Of a stretch of 64,000 nucleotides of DNA, positions 30,563 through 41,516 are shown piece by piece. Position 1 is the first letter of the stretch. Every line of letters begins with the position of its first letter. The stretch covers positions 126,598-190,597 of the forward strand of contig MCFH01000081.1 in assembly GCA_002104945.1 (NCBI GenBank), in the 5' to 3' direction. The notes under the pieces were generated by a model. The model ran no database searches. It saw nothing but the letters and a program-made list of their open reading frames with translations, and was not told the DNA's origin. The stretch is from Piromyces finnis finn (Eukaryota > Fungi > Neocallimastigomycota). The position numbers and the translations under genes were made by a program.

Positions 30563-32416
30563 TTAATTCGAAGTCCTTGTTTGTAAAAATCTTGGATAAT
30601 TAGTCCATCGTAAAAGTTCATATACTTCTTTAAGAACTGGCTTGAATAAAATTATATTAACTTGATCATTTTCATTTATCTTTTGTTCAACTGATTTTAC
30701 CAAGTCACTAGTTAAATTTAATTGGTATTCTGAGCCTTCCGGTACAAACTTTTCAAAAATATTTATTAAATGATTTTTAATTTCTTGAGACTCATTTATA
30801 ATGGCAGTTTCATATAATCTTTCATAGTATGGGATTTCACTCATATCCATACTGTCATTGCTTTGGGTATTTAATAAACTATTTTGATCATCATAATTTG
30901 GATTTTCAGCTAATTTCTTTAAATTCCATGATGCATTATTATTACTACTACTTGATATAATCTTGTTTTGGCATTTTAATAATATATTAATCATAGCTTC
31001 ATAGAATAATAAATTTTCAATGCAAACTTCACCTACTAAGAATCTCTTAAATTCTTTATAAATAGAATTTTTTGGGTTTAATACTTGTTCAAATGTTTTT
31101 ATTTCCATTTCATTAACTTCATCATTAATTTTAACTTTAGCAATACTATGTCTTCTATATTTTTCATGTAATAATTCAACCTTATTTTGATAAATATGTA
31201 CAGCAAATACTGGTCTTACAACAATAATAGTATGATATAAGATAAAGAATAAAACAAACCATATAGAAACAGGAACACCTTTAAATCTTATAGATAAAAA
31301 TCTAAAAACTATATATCCTAAACTACATAATAATGAAATTATGATAATACTGTAAATTTCATTTTGAATACCAATTGTTTCTTTATAATTTCTAAGTTTG
31401 TATTTTTTATACAGAGCATAAAACATACTAATAAATATTGTTATTAAAATAGCAGTATGGCATTTTTCACTAACGTATTTGTTTTTATATAATACACCAT
31501 TTTTAAATGTATGCATTATTAAAACAATTACAGTGATGACACCAATTAATCCAATGACAGCTATATTTGACCATTTTTCAAAAAATTTAAATTGAATAAC
31601 ATTTATGTGGAGCTTATCATTTTCACTAAAAATGATAAAATATAATATATTAACATATATAAATTATTACTTTCAAAAATTTTAAACTATATACTTCACT
31701 TACATTAATACACTTTCACCTCGAACTATTTTTGTATTATGAATAATAAATAATATTAAATAAAGATTAGTTATATTCTTTAAAAAGTATTTTTTATTTT
31801 TATATAATATAATTTATCAATATACTTGAATTATTTAATCTTGCATTTTGAATTTTGAATCTAAATTCCATTTTCTTAACTCTAATAATACTTGTAAACA
31901 TCCATAATGGGATTGCATATAAACTAGTATGTTTTTATATTATAGAATAGAATAAGTTTTGTTAATATTTTCTATAATGCATATATTCATTTTTTTTCTC
32001 TTTATCTATAGTATTTACCATATTATAATATATATTATACTTGGAATTTTAAATTTTTTATGTTCACTTGGAGTATCTGAATCCTCAGTAAATGCAGCTT
32101 CAAAAAGTAAAAGTAATGTTAATAATATTACAGCTGTAGTATTATAAATATATATATTAATATCACGAATCATCATCAATTTTGATTTTTTACATAGAAT
32201 AAATAATATTAATGAAGTGATAATATATAAGAGTGATACTAATAATAGTGGTATATATATAATGAAATAATAATCAGTATATTTTTCAACTTGTTCATCT
32301 AATATTATTGAAGTTTGATTATTGAAAATATCTTGATTAGAATATGATATATCCTGTCCTTCATTAAAATTGTCTTGGTTAGAATAGGATATATCTTGAC
32401 CTTTGAATGGTGCCAT
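30563..32416 (-). CDS. Seven-transmembrane protein with C-terminal RGS domain (GprK-like), about 4 exons
   Basis: About 7 hydrophobic helices across exons, KETIGIQNEI loop, then RGS motifs FKRFLVGEVCIENLLFYE, IFEKFVPEGSEYQLNL and EVYELLRWTNYPRFL. Confidence 0.8.
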
Positions 32417-33392
32417 TATAATTATTTTTTATTACTTTATATGTTATTAAAAGATACTTTTTCTTTTTAACTTTAATTATTCATTATTTATGTCAAATAA
32501 ATAATGGATATTGAAATATTATTATTATTATTATTTTTATTATTATTATTGAATAATATTTTACTAAATTATTATTAATAAAATATGTATATGTATATAT
32601 TTATATAATAGAATATTATTGTGACTCTTCTTTATATAAATATATTCTTTATTATGACTTTTTTTTTATTATATTCACGAAATAATAAATAAATAATAAA
32701 GAAAAGCTTTGAATAATAAACAATATCAAATAAAATAAAAAGAAAAAAAAGTAAAAATTCTTTAAAAAAAAAAGGAATTTCTTGTTATTTAAATGATTTC
32801 CTTTTTTTTTTAACTATCTTTATTTCAAATTTTCAACCTATGATTCATATAAATTTAATATAAAATGATTTATTTATTTTATTAAAAAAATATTAATATT
32901 ATATATTACACGTTTTTTAAATAACTTTAAGTAATATAGAAATTAATATTTTTGTGTTTACTTGTTATTTTATAATTATATATTATTATTATTGATTTAT
33001 TTACCTTTTAATTAAACTTATCATTAGGTAACACAAAATTAAAGTTTATTAAAAATATACCAATAATTGATTAAATACTAAAAATATAAAAAATATAAAG
33101 TGAGTTTATTTAATTTATAAATAAATTAATAAAAAATTCCTTTTATTATTATTATGATATAAAATAGTTAATTAAAAATTTTAGATTAAAAAAATAATAT
33201 TTTTATAGTTCATTTTTTCATAACTTCTACTACTACTACTAGTAGTATGATAAATAAAAGAAAAAATAATAAAATAGACTAAATATTATAATTTTACAAA
33301 AACAATAATTAAAAGAATGTCCGATAGTTATTTTATATAATAGTTTAAAAAATGGGAAAACCATTTATATATGATACATAAGGTATTTGATA

Positions 33393-35219
33393 TTATTTAA
33401 AAAAAGATGAAGCAAGATTTAATAATTCATTTCTTTTTTCATCATATTCTTCTTTACTTGCATCATGATGATTGGAAATCCATTCAATTGTGGTAGTAAT
33501 AATATTTCTTAATTTTTCTTCATCCTCTATTTTAATTTTGTATCTATCCTTTTCATTATTAAGACGTTTAAGAAGTTGACGAGCATAATCATCAAGTTTA
33601 TTCATAGATTGAATTCTTTCTCTGGCTTTCCTATCTTCTTCTCGATACATTTCAGCTTCACTAATTAAACGTTCAATCTCTTCTTGAGATAATTCATTAT
33701 TTAATATGGTAATCTCTCTAGAAAGACCAGTACCTAACTCAACAGCAGACACGTGAATAATACCATTGATATCTACTTTATAAGTTAATTCAACTTTTGT
33801 TTCACTACGTGGAGCTGATGTAATACCTTCTAATACAACTTCACCTAGGACAGTATTATCTTTTACTAATTCACGTTCACCTTGTACAACTCTAAATCTT
33901 ATGACTGTTTGTCCATCATGACATGTAATACGAATATCTTTACCTTCTGCTGGAATATGTGTATTACGTTTAATGAGAGTATCTACTGTTGTTCCTCTAT
34001 TATCAACACCTAATGAAAGAGAAATAACATCGTATAAATTTAAATTTTTAATAGATTCTGATTGATCACCTAAAATATTTGCTGCTTGAATAGCTGCACC
34101 ACATGCAACAGCTTCATCCGGATTAACAGTTTTTCTTAATTCTTTTCCATCAAAATAGGAGGAAACTAATTTTTGAATTTTAGGAATTCTGGTGGATCCA
34201 CCAACTAATACAATTTCATTAATATCCGATTTGTCTAAATCGGCATCAATAAGAACTCGTTCAATGGGTTCAAGTATCTTTTCAAATAAATCTGAATTTA
34301 ATTCTTCAAATTGAGCACGTGTTATACTACTGTAAAAATCTATACCATCAAATAAATATTCAATTTCAATAGAAGCATAAAAAGAAGATGATAGAATACA
34401 TTTAGCACGTTCACATGCTCTTCTTAATCTATTTAATGATCTTAAATTAGTAGAAATATCTTTGTCATACTTTCTTTTAAATTCTTCAACAAAATAGTCT
34501 AAAAGTTGATTTGTAAAATCTTCGCCAGCTAAGTGTGCATTACCTGCTGTAGCTTTAACTGTAAATGTACCATTATTAATAGATAAAAGAGAAACATCTG
34601 TTGTACCTCCACCAATGTCGACAATTAAAACATTTTCTTCACCCTTTATTGTTTTGTTAAGACCATAGGCAAGAGCAGCAGCAGTTGGTTCATTTATAAT
34701 TTGTAAAACATTTAAACCAGCAATTCTACCGGCATCTTTTGTAGCTCGACGTTGAGCATCATTAAAATAAGCAGGAACGGTGATAACAACATCTTTTACA
34801 ACATTTTCACTTCCTAAGTAATCTTGAGCATAATCTTTTAATTTAGAAAGAATCATGGCAGATATTTCTTCTGGCATAAAATCCTTGATTTCATTTTTAT
34901 ATTCAACCTGAACATATGGTTTTCCTTGCTTATTAACAACTTTGAAAGGCCAGTACCTTAAATCAGATTGAACTTCCATATCATTAAAATTACGACCTAT
35001 TAATCGTTTAACATCAGAGACTACGTTTTTAAAATCAATTCCATTTTTCTGTCGAGCTTCATCACCAACTAATCTTTCAGTAGAAGTAAATACAACCAAA
35101 GAAGGTGTTGTACGATTGCCTTGTTCATTAGCAATAACTTCTACATGACCATTTCTCCAAACAGCAATACATGAATAAGTAGTACCTAAGTCAATACCAA
35201 TGATTATAAATTCCCCCAT
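33393..35219 (-). CDS. Atypical Hsp70 copy 1 (608 aa, intronless, no EEVD)
   Basis: GIDLGTTYS, TVPAYFND, INEPTAAA, VLVGGSTRIPK Hsp70 signatures; ends LASSFFK. Confidence 0.95.
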   Translation of the reverse strand: MGEFIIIGIDLGTTYSCIAVWRNGHVEVIANEQGNRTTPSLVVFTSTERLVGDEARQKNGIDFKNVVSDVKRLIGRNFNDMEVQSDLRYWPFKVVNKQGKPYVQVEYKNEIKDFMPEEISAMILSKLKDYAQDYLGSENVVKDVVITVPAYFNDAQRRATKDAGRIAGLNVLQIINEPTAAALAYGLNKTIKGEENVLIVDIGGGTTDVSLLSINNGTFTVKATAGNAHLAGEDFTNQLLDYFVEEFKRKYDKDISTNLRSLNRLRRACERAKCILSSSFYASIEIEYLFDGIDFYSSITRAQFEELNSDLFEKILEPIERVLIDADLDKSDINEIVLVGGSTRIPKIQKLVSSYFDGKELRKTVNPDEAVACGAAIQAANILGDQSESIKNLNLYDVISLSLGVDNRGTTVDTLIKRNTHIPAEGKDIRITCHDGQTVIRFRVVQGERELVKDNTVLGEVVLEGITSAPRSETKVELTYKVDINGIIHVSAVELGTGLSREITILNNELSQEEIERLISEAEMYREEDRKARERIQSMNKLDDYARQLLKRLNNEKDRYKIKIEDEEKLRNIITTTIEWISNHHDASKEEYDEKRNELLNLASSFFK

Positions 35220-35602
35220 TTTTAATTAATATATTAATAAAAATGAAAAATAAAAAAAAATTTAAAGAAAAATTTTCTTTTTATATTAATTTATAAAATA
35301 TAAATATGTCTAATTATTTAATTAATATAATTTTATTAATAAAATGATCAACTATAATATATTAAATATTTTTTATAATAATAAAATGGACTTTAAAAAA
35401 TGGAAATGAAAATGAAAATGATAAGCTTCTTTAATATGAAAAATAAAGAATTATATTTTAGTATAATTCCTGTATCCAGTATTATATTAGAAAATCTTAT
35501 AAAAAAATAATTATATTTATTAATATTTATTAATATTTTTTTGTTATTATATATATATAAAATAATAAAAAATAAAAAGTTCTTTATTTTTATATGATTA
35601 TG

Positions 35603-35682
<80 letters not shown>

Positions 35683-35808
35683 AAATGGAAAAAAGAAAAA
35701 TACTAAACATGAATTTTAATAATTTTATATTAGATAGTTATATTGATAATGATTAAATAGAGAAAAATATTAACAGATAATGTTTTTTGTAAGATATTTA
35801 AAAAAATA

Positions 35809-37626
35809 TTAAATATTAAAGATAAGAGAGGCAAATCTTCGTAATTTATTTTCTCTATTTATACATTCTTCTTTACTAGCATCATAATTATTTTTAACCC
35901 ATTCAATTGTATTATTAATTTCTCTAGCAAGTTTTTCTTCATCGTCTTTACTAATTTTATATTTGTCTTTTTTATTATTGAGACGCTTTCGTATATTGTA
36001 TGCACATTTTTCAAGACTATTCAAAGATTCAATTCTTTCTTTTGCTTTTCTGTCTTCTTCTTCATACATTTTGGCTTCCTTTATTAATCTTTCAACTTCA
36101 TCTTGATATAATCTTCCTTTATCATTCGAAATAGTAATAGCTTTAAAAGTAGTTGTACCTTTTTCAACAGCTGAAACATTCAAAATACCATTACTATCAA
36201 TATCAAAAGTAACATCTATTTTTACTTCACCACACGGAGCTGGTGTAATACCTTCTAATATAAATCTATCCAATAGAAAATTATCTTTTGCTAAAGAACG
36301 CTCACCTTGTAATACTCGAACATCTACAGTAGTTTGATTATCTTCAGCTGTAATATATGTATGAGTTTTCCTTATTGGAATAAGTGTATTATTTTTAATG
36401 ACAATGTTCATTAATCCTCCTTTAATTTCTATGCCAAGAGACAATGGAGTAACATCTTTGAATTTTAATTTTTTTATTGATTCTGATTGGTCACCAGAAA
36501 GACTAGCTGCATGAATAGCGGCACCACAAGCTACCGCTTCATCTGGATTAATATTTCTTCTTATTTTTCTCTCATGAAAATAGGATGAAACCATTTCTTC
36601 AACCATTGGTATACGAGAAGATCCACCAACTAATATAACTTCATTAATATCAGATTTGGTTAAATGAGCTTCTTCAATTGCCTTTTCTATTAGAGTAATG
36701 GCCTCTTCAAGTAAATCCGAAATTAATTCTTCAAATTGAACACGAGTAATACCAGTGAAGAAATCTATACCATCAAATAAACATTCAATTTCAATGGAAG
36801 CATAATCAGAAAAAGATAGATTACATTTAGCACGTTCACATACTATTCTTAATCTATTTAATGATCTTGAATTAGTAGAAAGATCTCTATCATATTTATT
36901 TTTAAATTCTTTAACAAAATAGTCTACAAGACGATTTGTAAAATCTTCACCACCTAAGTGTGCATTACCTGCTGTAGCTTTAACTGTAAATGTATTATTA
37001 TTAATGTTTAAAATAGAGATATCAAATGTACCACCCCCGAGATCGAAAATTAGAATATTTTCTTCACCCTTTATGGTTTTATTAAGACCGTAGGCAAGAG
37101 CAGCAGCTGTTGGTTCATTTATAATTTGTAAAACGTTTAAGCCAGCAATTTTTCCAGCATCTCTAGTTGCTCGACGTTGAGCATCATTAAAATAAGCAGG
37201 AACAGTAATGACAGCATCTTTTACTGGACAACCTATATAATCTTGAGCATTATTTTTTAATTTTGAAAGAATCATGGCAGATATTTCTTCTGGCATAAAA
37301 TCCTTGATTTCATTTTTATATTCAACACGAATATAAGGTTTTCCACTCTTCTCAACAACTTTGAAAGGCCAATGTTTTAAATCTGATTGAATATTTGAAA
37401 ATTCTCTTCCGATTATTCGCTTTACATCAAAAAGAGAATTTTGTGGGTATCTTTCAGATTTATATTTAGCAGGATCACCAACTAAAATTTCATTATCCTT
37501 AATAAAAACATAAGAAGGTGTAGTACGTTTTCCAAGTTCATCTGTAATAATATCTACATGACCCTTATTCCATATCCCTATACATGAGTATGTAGTTCCT
37601 AAATCAATACCAATTGCATTATTCAT
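35809..37626 (-). CDS. Atypical Hsp70 copy 2 (605 aa, intronless, no EEVD)
   Basis: GIDLGTTYS, IFDLGGGTFDIS, ILVGGSSRIP; ends FASLIFNI. Confidence 0.95.
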   Translation of the reverse strand: MNNAIGIDLGTTYSCIGIWNKGHVDIITDELGKRTTPSYVFIKDNEILVGDPAKYKSERYPQNSLFDVKRIIGREFSNIQSDLKHWPFKVVEKSGKPYIRVEYKNEIKDFMPEEISAMILSKLKNNAQDYIGCPVKDAVITVPAYFNDAQRRATRDAGKIAGLNVLQIINEPTAAALAYGLNKTIKGEENILIFDLGGGTFDISILNINNNTFTVKATAGNAHLGGEDFTNRLVDYFVKEFKNKYDRDLSTNSRSLNRLRIVCERAKCNLSFSDYASIEIECLFDGIDFFTGITRVQFEELISDLLEEAITLIEKAIEEAHLTKSDINEVILVGGSSRIPMVEEMVSSYFHERKIRRNINPDEAVACGAAIHAASLSGDQSESIKKLKFKDVTPLSLGIEIKGGLMNIVIKNNTLIPIRKTHTYITAEDNQTTVDVRVLQGERSLAKDNFLLDRFILEGITPAPCGEVKIDVTFDIDSNGILNVSAVEKGTTTFKAITISNDKGRLYQDEVERLIKEAKMYEEEDRKAKERIESLNSLEKCAYNIRKRLNNKKDKYKISKDDEEKLAREINNTIEWVKNNYDASKEECINRENKLRRFASLIFNI

Positions 37627-38614
37627 TTCAGTTATTTTATAATTAAATTATTTGCTTTAATACTAAGTTAATGTTTCAAAGAGATATTTATATACTAATG
37701 AATAATTAATGAATTAATTGAGGGTAATAAAAGAATTTTTTGATTATTTATATGTTTTTTTTTTTTTTATCATCATTTTATTATTATTATTATTAATTTT
37801 TATTTTTAATATTTGATGTCTATATTCCTATATATTTTATTATTTTAAAAAATGCTTTCATGACTATTAAAAAAAAATAATAATATATAAAAACTTTTTT
37901 TCGATATTTAGACATATTTTTTTTTTTTTTTTGTATATTAAATTTAAAATTCTATAAAATAAAGTTATAAAAAAAAATTACATTTTATCAAAAAATATAA
38001 TAAACTTTAAAGATCAATAAAGTTTGTATATATTATTTTAATTAAGTAATATCCAATTAAAATAAAAAATCAGGCAGATTTCGGACTTGTCCAAGCTTTT
38101 ATTTTTAATATTTTTCCCAGTTAAAATCAGGTCAAATTTGATAATCAAAAATATTATATTATAAAAAATGTTAGATTATTTATTTCATATGGAATAATAA
38201 AAAGTTTTATCTATAAAAAAGAAGAAAATAAAAAAAAAAACTATCTTTTTATTAATTGGTTTATAATTATAATATTATAATATGGATTAAAAAAATAAAA
38301 TATGAAATATTAAGTTAAATATGAAATAAATAATAATAAAGAAAAAAGGGTATTTTACACAATAACTTTTTCTAATAATTAGTATAAATGTATGATTTCC
38401 ATATTAATTTTTATAATAATTATTTTCTTTTAAACTTTTATTAAAAAAAAATAATTTTTTATTATATTTTATTAATTTAAGTAAAAAAAAAGGTATATAC
38501 AACTTTAAAGTAACTCTTTTTTTTATAGTAGAAATTTTTTTTACACACATTATTTAATTTTTATGAAAAACTTTTTTTTTTTAATAATTTTTTATTTATA
38601 ATCTTGGCATGATA

Positions 38615-40493
38615 TTAGCATAATTTTTTAATAAATTTAGCGACTTCTTTTAATTCTTTTATTTTATCTTCATAATCTTCTTTACTAGCATTATAATGTT
38701 CATGAATCCAATTTATCATATAATTAACAGTTTTAGTTAGCTTAATTTCATCCTCTAAATTCATTGGTGTTGTTGGTGGTGTTGTTTGATATAAGTTAGG
38801 ATAAAGAAAATGATTTAATTCTATTGTTTTAAGATAATTACGAAGATTGTATAAGTAATTTTCTAGGGAAATTAAAGTTTTTATTCTTTCTTTTTTCCTT
38901 TTATCATCTTCTTTATAACTTTCTGCTTCCTTAATTAGTTTTTCAATATCCTTCTGATATAGACCTCCTTTACAATCAGAAATTGTAATTTTTTTGGAAA
39001 GATTTGTCCCTTTTGCACTTGCAGTTATATGTAAAATACCATTTTGATCAATATCATAATTTAAATTTATTTTTACTTCTCCACGCGGAGTTAGAGTAAT
39101 TCCATTCAAAGAAAATTCACCTAAAGTAATATTATCCTTTACTAGAGTACGTTCACCCTGACATATTCGAAACTTCATGGAACTTTGATTATCACGATAA
39201 GTTCTACATTTAATCGTTTTATTTATTGGAATGGGTGAATTACGTTTTATAACTTTATGCATTATATCTCCTCTAATTCTAACACCTAATGATAATGGGA
39301 TAGCATCTTGTAATTTTAAATTTTTAATGGACTCAGAAAAATCACCTAATAGGCACGCCACTTGAATAACTGCTCCACATGCGACGGCTTCATCTGGATT
39401 AACAGTTTTTCTTAATTTTTTTCCATCAAAATAAGAGGAAACCAATTTTTGAATTTTAGGAATTCGGGTGGACCCACCAACTAACACAATTTCATCAATA
39501 TCCGATTTGTCTAAATCGGCGTCAGAAAGAACTCGTTCAATGGGTTCAAGTATCTTTTCAAATAAATCTGAATTTAATTCTTCAAATTGAGCACGTGTTA
39601 TACTACTGCAAAAATCTATACCATCAAATAAATATTCAATTTCAATGGAAGCATAATCAGAAAAAGATAGAATACATTTAGCACGATCACATGCTTTTCT
39701 TAAACGATATAATGATCTTGGATTAGTAGAAAGATCTTTGTCATATTTTCTTTTAAATTCTTCAACAAAATAGTCTACAAGACGATTTGTAAAGTCTTCA
39801 CCTCCTAAATGAGTATCCCCTGCTGTAGCTTTAACCGTAAATGTATTATTATTAATGGTTAAAAGAGAAACATCAAATGTACCTCCTCCAAGATCAACAA
39901 TTAAAACATTTTCTTTACCCTTTTTAGTTTCATTAAGACCGTAGGCAAGAGCAGCTTCTGTTGGTTCATTTATAATTTGTAAAACGTTTAAGCCAGCAAT
40001 TTTACCAGCATCTCTAGTCGCTCGACGTTGAGCATCATTAAAATAAGCAGGAACGGTAATAACAGCATCTTTTACTGGGGCACCTGAATAATCTTGAGCG
40101 TTATCTTTTAATTTTGTTAAAATCATACTAGATATTTCTTCCGGAGTAAATTCTTTAAATTCATTTTTATATTCAACACGAACATAAGGTTTTTCTAATT
40201 TTTTAATGACGTTAAAACTCCATAAATCAATATCCGATTGAACATCCTCATCCCAAAAATCACGACCTATTAATCGTTTAATATTATAAATTGTATTTTT
40301 ATAATTAATTCCAGCTTTATAGAAAGCTTCATCACCAATTAATCTTTCAGTAGGAGTAAATGCAATATAAGAAGGTGTTGTACGATGACCCTTTTTTATT
40401 AGCAATAACTTCTACATGACCATTTCTCCAAGCAGCAATACATGAATAAATAGTACCTAAATCAATACCAATTGAAATATTGTAACCCATCAT
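38615..40493 (-). pseudogene. Atypical Hsp70 copy 3 with a +1 frameshift near the 5' end (pseudogene or homopolymer assembly error)
   Basis: True start [32 protein letters not shown] at 40493 is out of frame with GHRTTPS; one extra base in the A6 run (40392-40397). The rest of the ORF is open to 38615. Confidence 0.85.
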
Positions 40494-40857
40494 GTTATAA
40501 ATTATATAATAATATAATATAATAAATTATTTTATTTATTTTATACTTTTTATTTTATACTTTTTTTTTTTTCAATATAATTTCAATTTATATAGTATAT
40601 CAATCATATATCCATTTAAATAATTAAATATATAAATACATGATATTAGTAATTTTCAAATAATAAATTAAAAAAAATATATTAAATAATATAAACAATG
40701 AGACCTTTCACATCGTACATATATATTTTTTTTTTCTTATAAAAAGACATCATAAAAATTAAAAGTTTTATATAAAAAAAGAAAAATTAAAATTAAAATT
40801 TTTATATATAATTTTAGACATTAAAATTGAATTTATTATCTCTATTATTATTAATAA

Positions 40858-40904
<47 letters not shown>

Positions 40905-41109
40905 GAATTATATATACAAATATCAAAATATTATATATATTGATTTTTATATTCTAAAGTTTTAATTTGTTACTTCAAACTCTTAAAAACTCATATATAA
41001 TAAAACTAATACTGTTGTTTTTTTTTCTTCCAATTCAATTTTTTGAAGAAAGACTTTCTTATCTTCAATTCTAGCTTCTCATTATACTTTTATATATAAA
41101 AATCAAGTT

Positions 41110-41460
41110 ATTTTTTAGTCAAATAATACATTCAAATCTTTGATTGAATAAATACCTACATATTCTAGTATTTCATTTTCATATATAATAATTATGAATC
41201 CTTTTGAATAAATTTCAATATCATTTAATATTTCCTTTTTAATTTTTAATTTGTTATTATAAAATAATTGCTTATATACTTTTTATAAAATGTTATAAAT
41301 AACAATACTTGTTCTAATTTAAATAATTAAATTTAACAATATACCATCAAGTATTATTAATTTGTTATATATTATTATTCAGATAATTATGTAATTATTA
41401 GATTTAATTTTGAATTCCAAAACACAATTTTAAGTCAGGACATAAAAAATGGATATATGA
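41110..41460 (-). pseudogene. Possible decayed ORF fragments of unknown origin
   Basis: Protein-like minus-strand stretches (KEILNDIEIYSKGFIIIIYENEILEYVGIYSIKDLNVLFD*; SYIHFLCPDLKLCFGIQN*) interrupted by stops, no splice logic found. Confidence 0.2.
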
Positions 41461-41482
41461 GAAGGAATATATAATATTTTTG

Positions 41483-41516
<34 letters not shown>

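Noticed and set aside
35220-38600. Heat-shock elements upstream of the Hsp70 copies
   Set aside because: No convincing triple nGAAn inverted array found by eye; absence not rigorously established
33393-40493. Assigning the Hsp70s to SSA, SSB, KAR2 or SSZ1
   Set aside because: No EEVD, no signal peptide or HDEL, the lid is present, and the SBD is too diverged; orthology cannot be called without a tree
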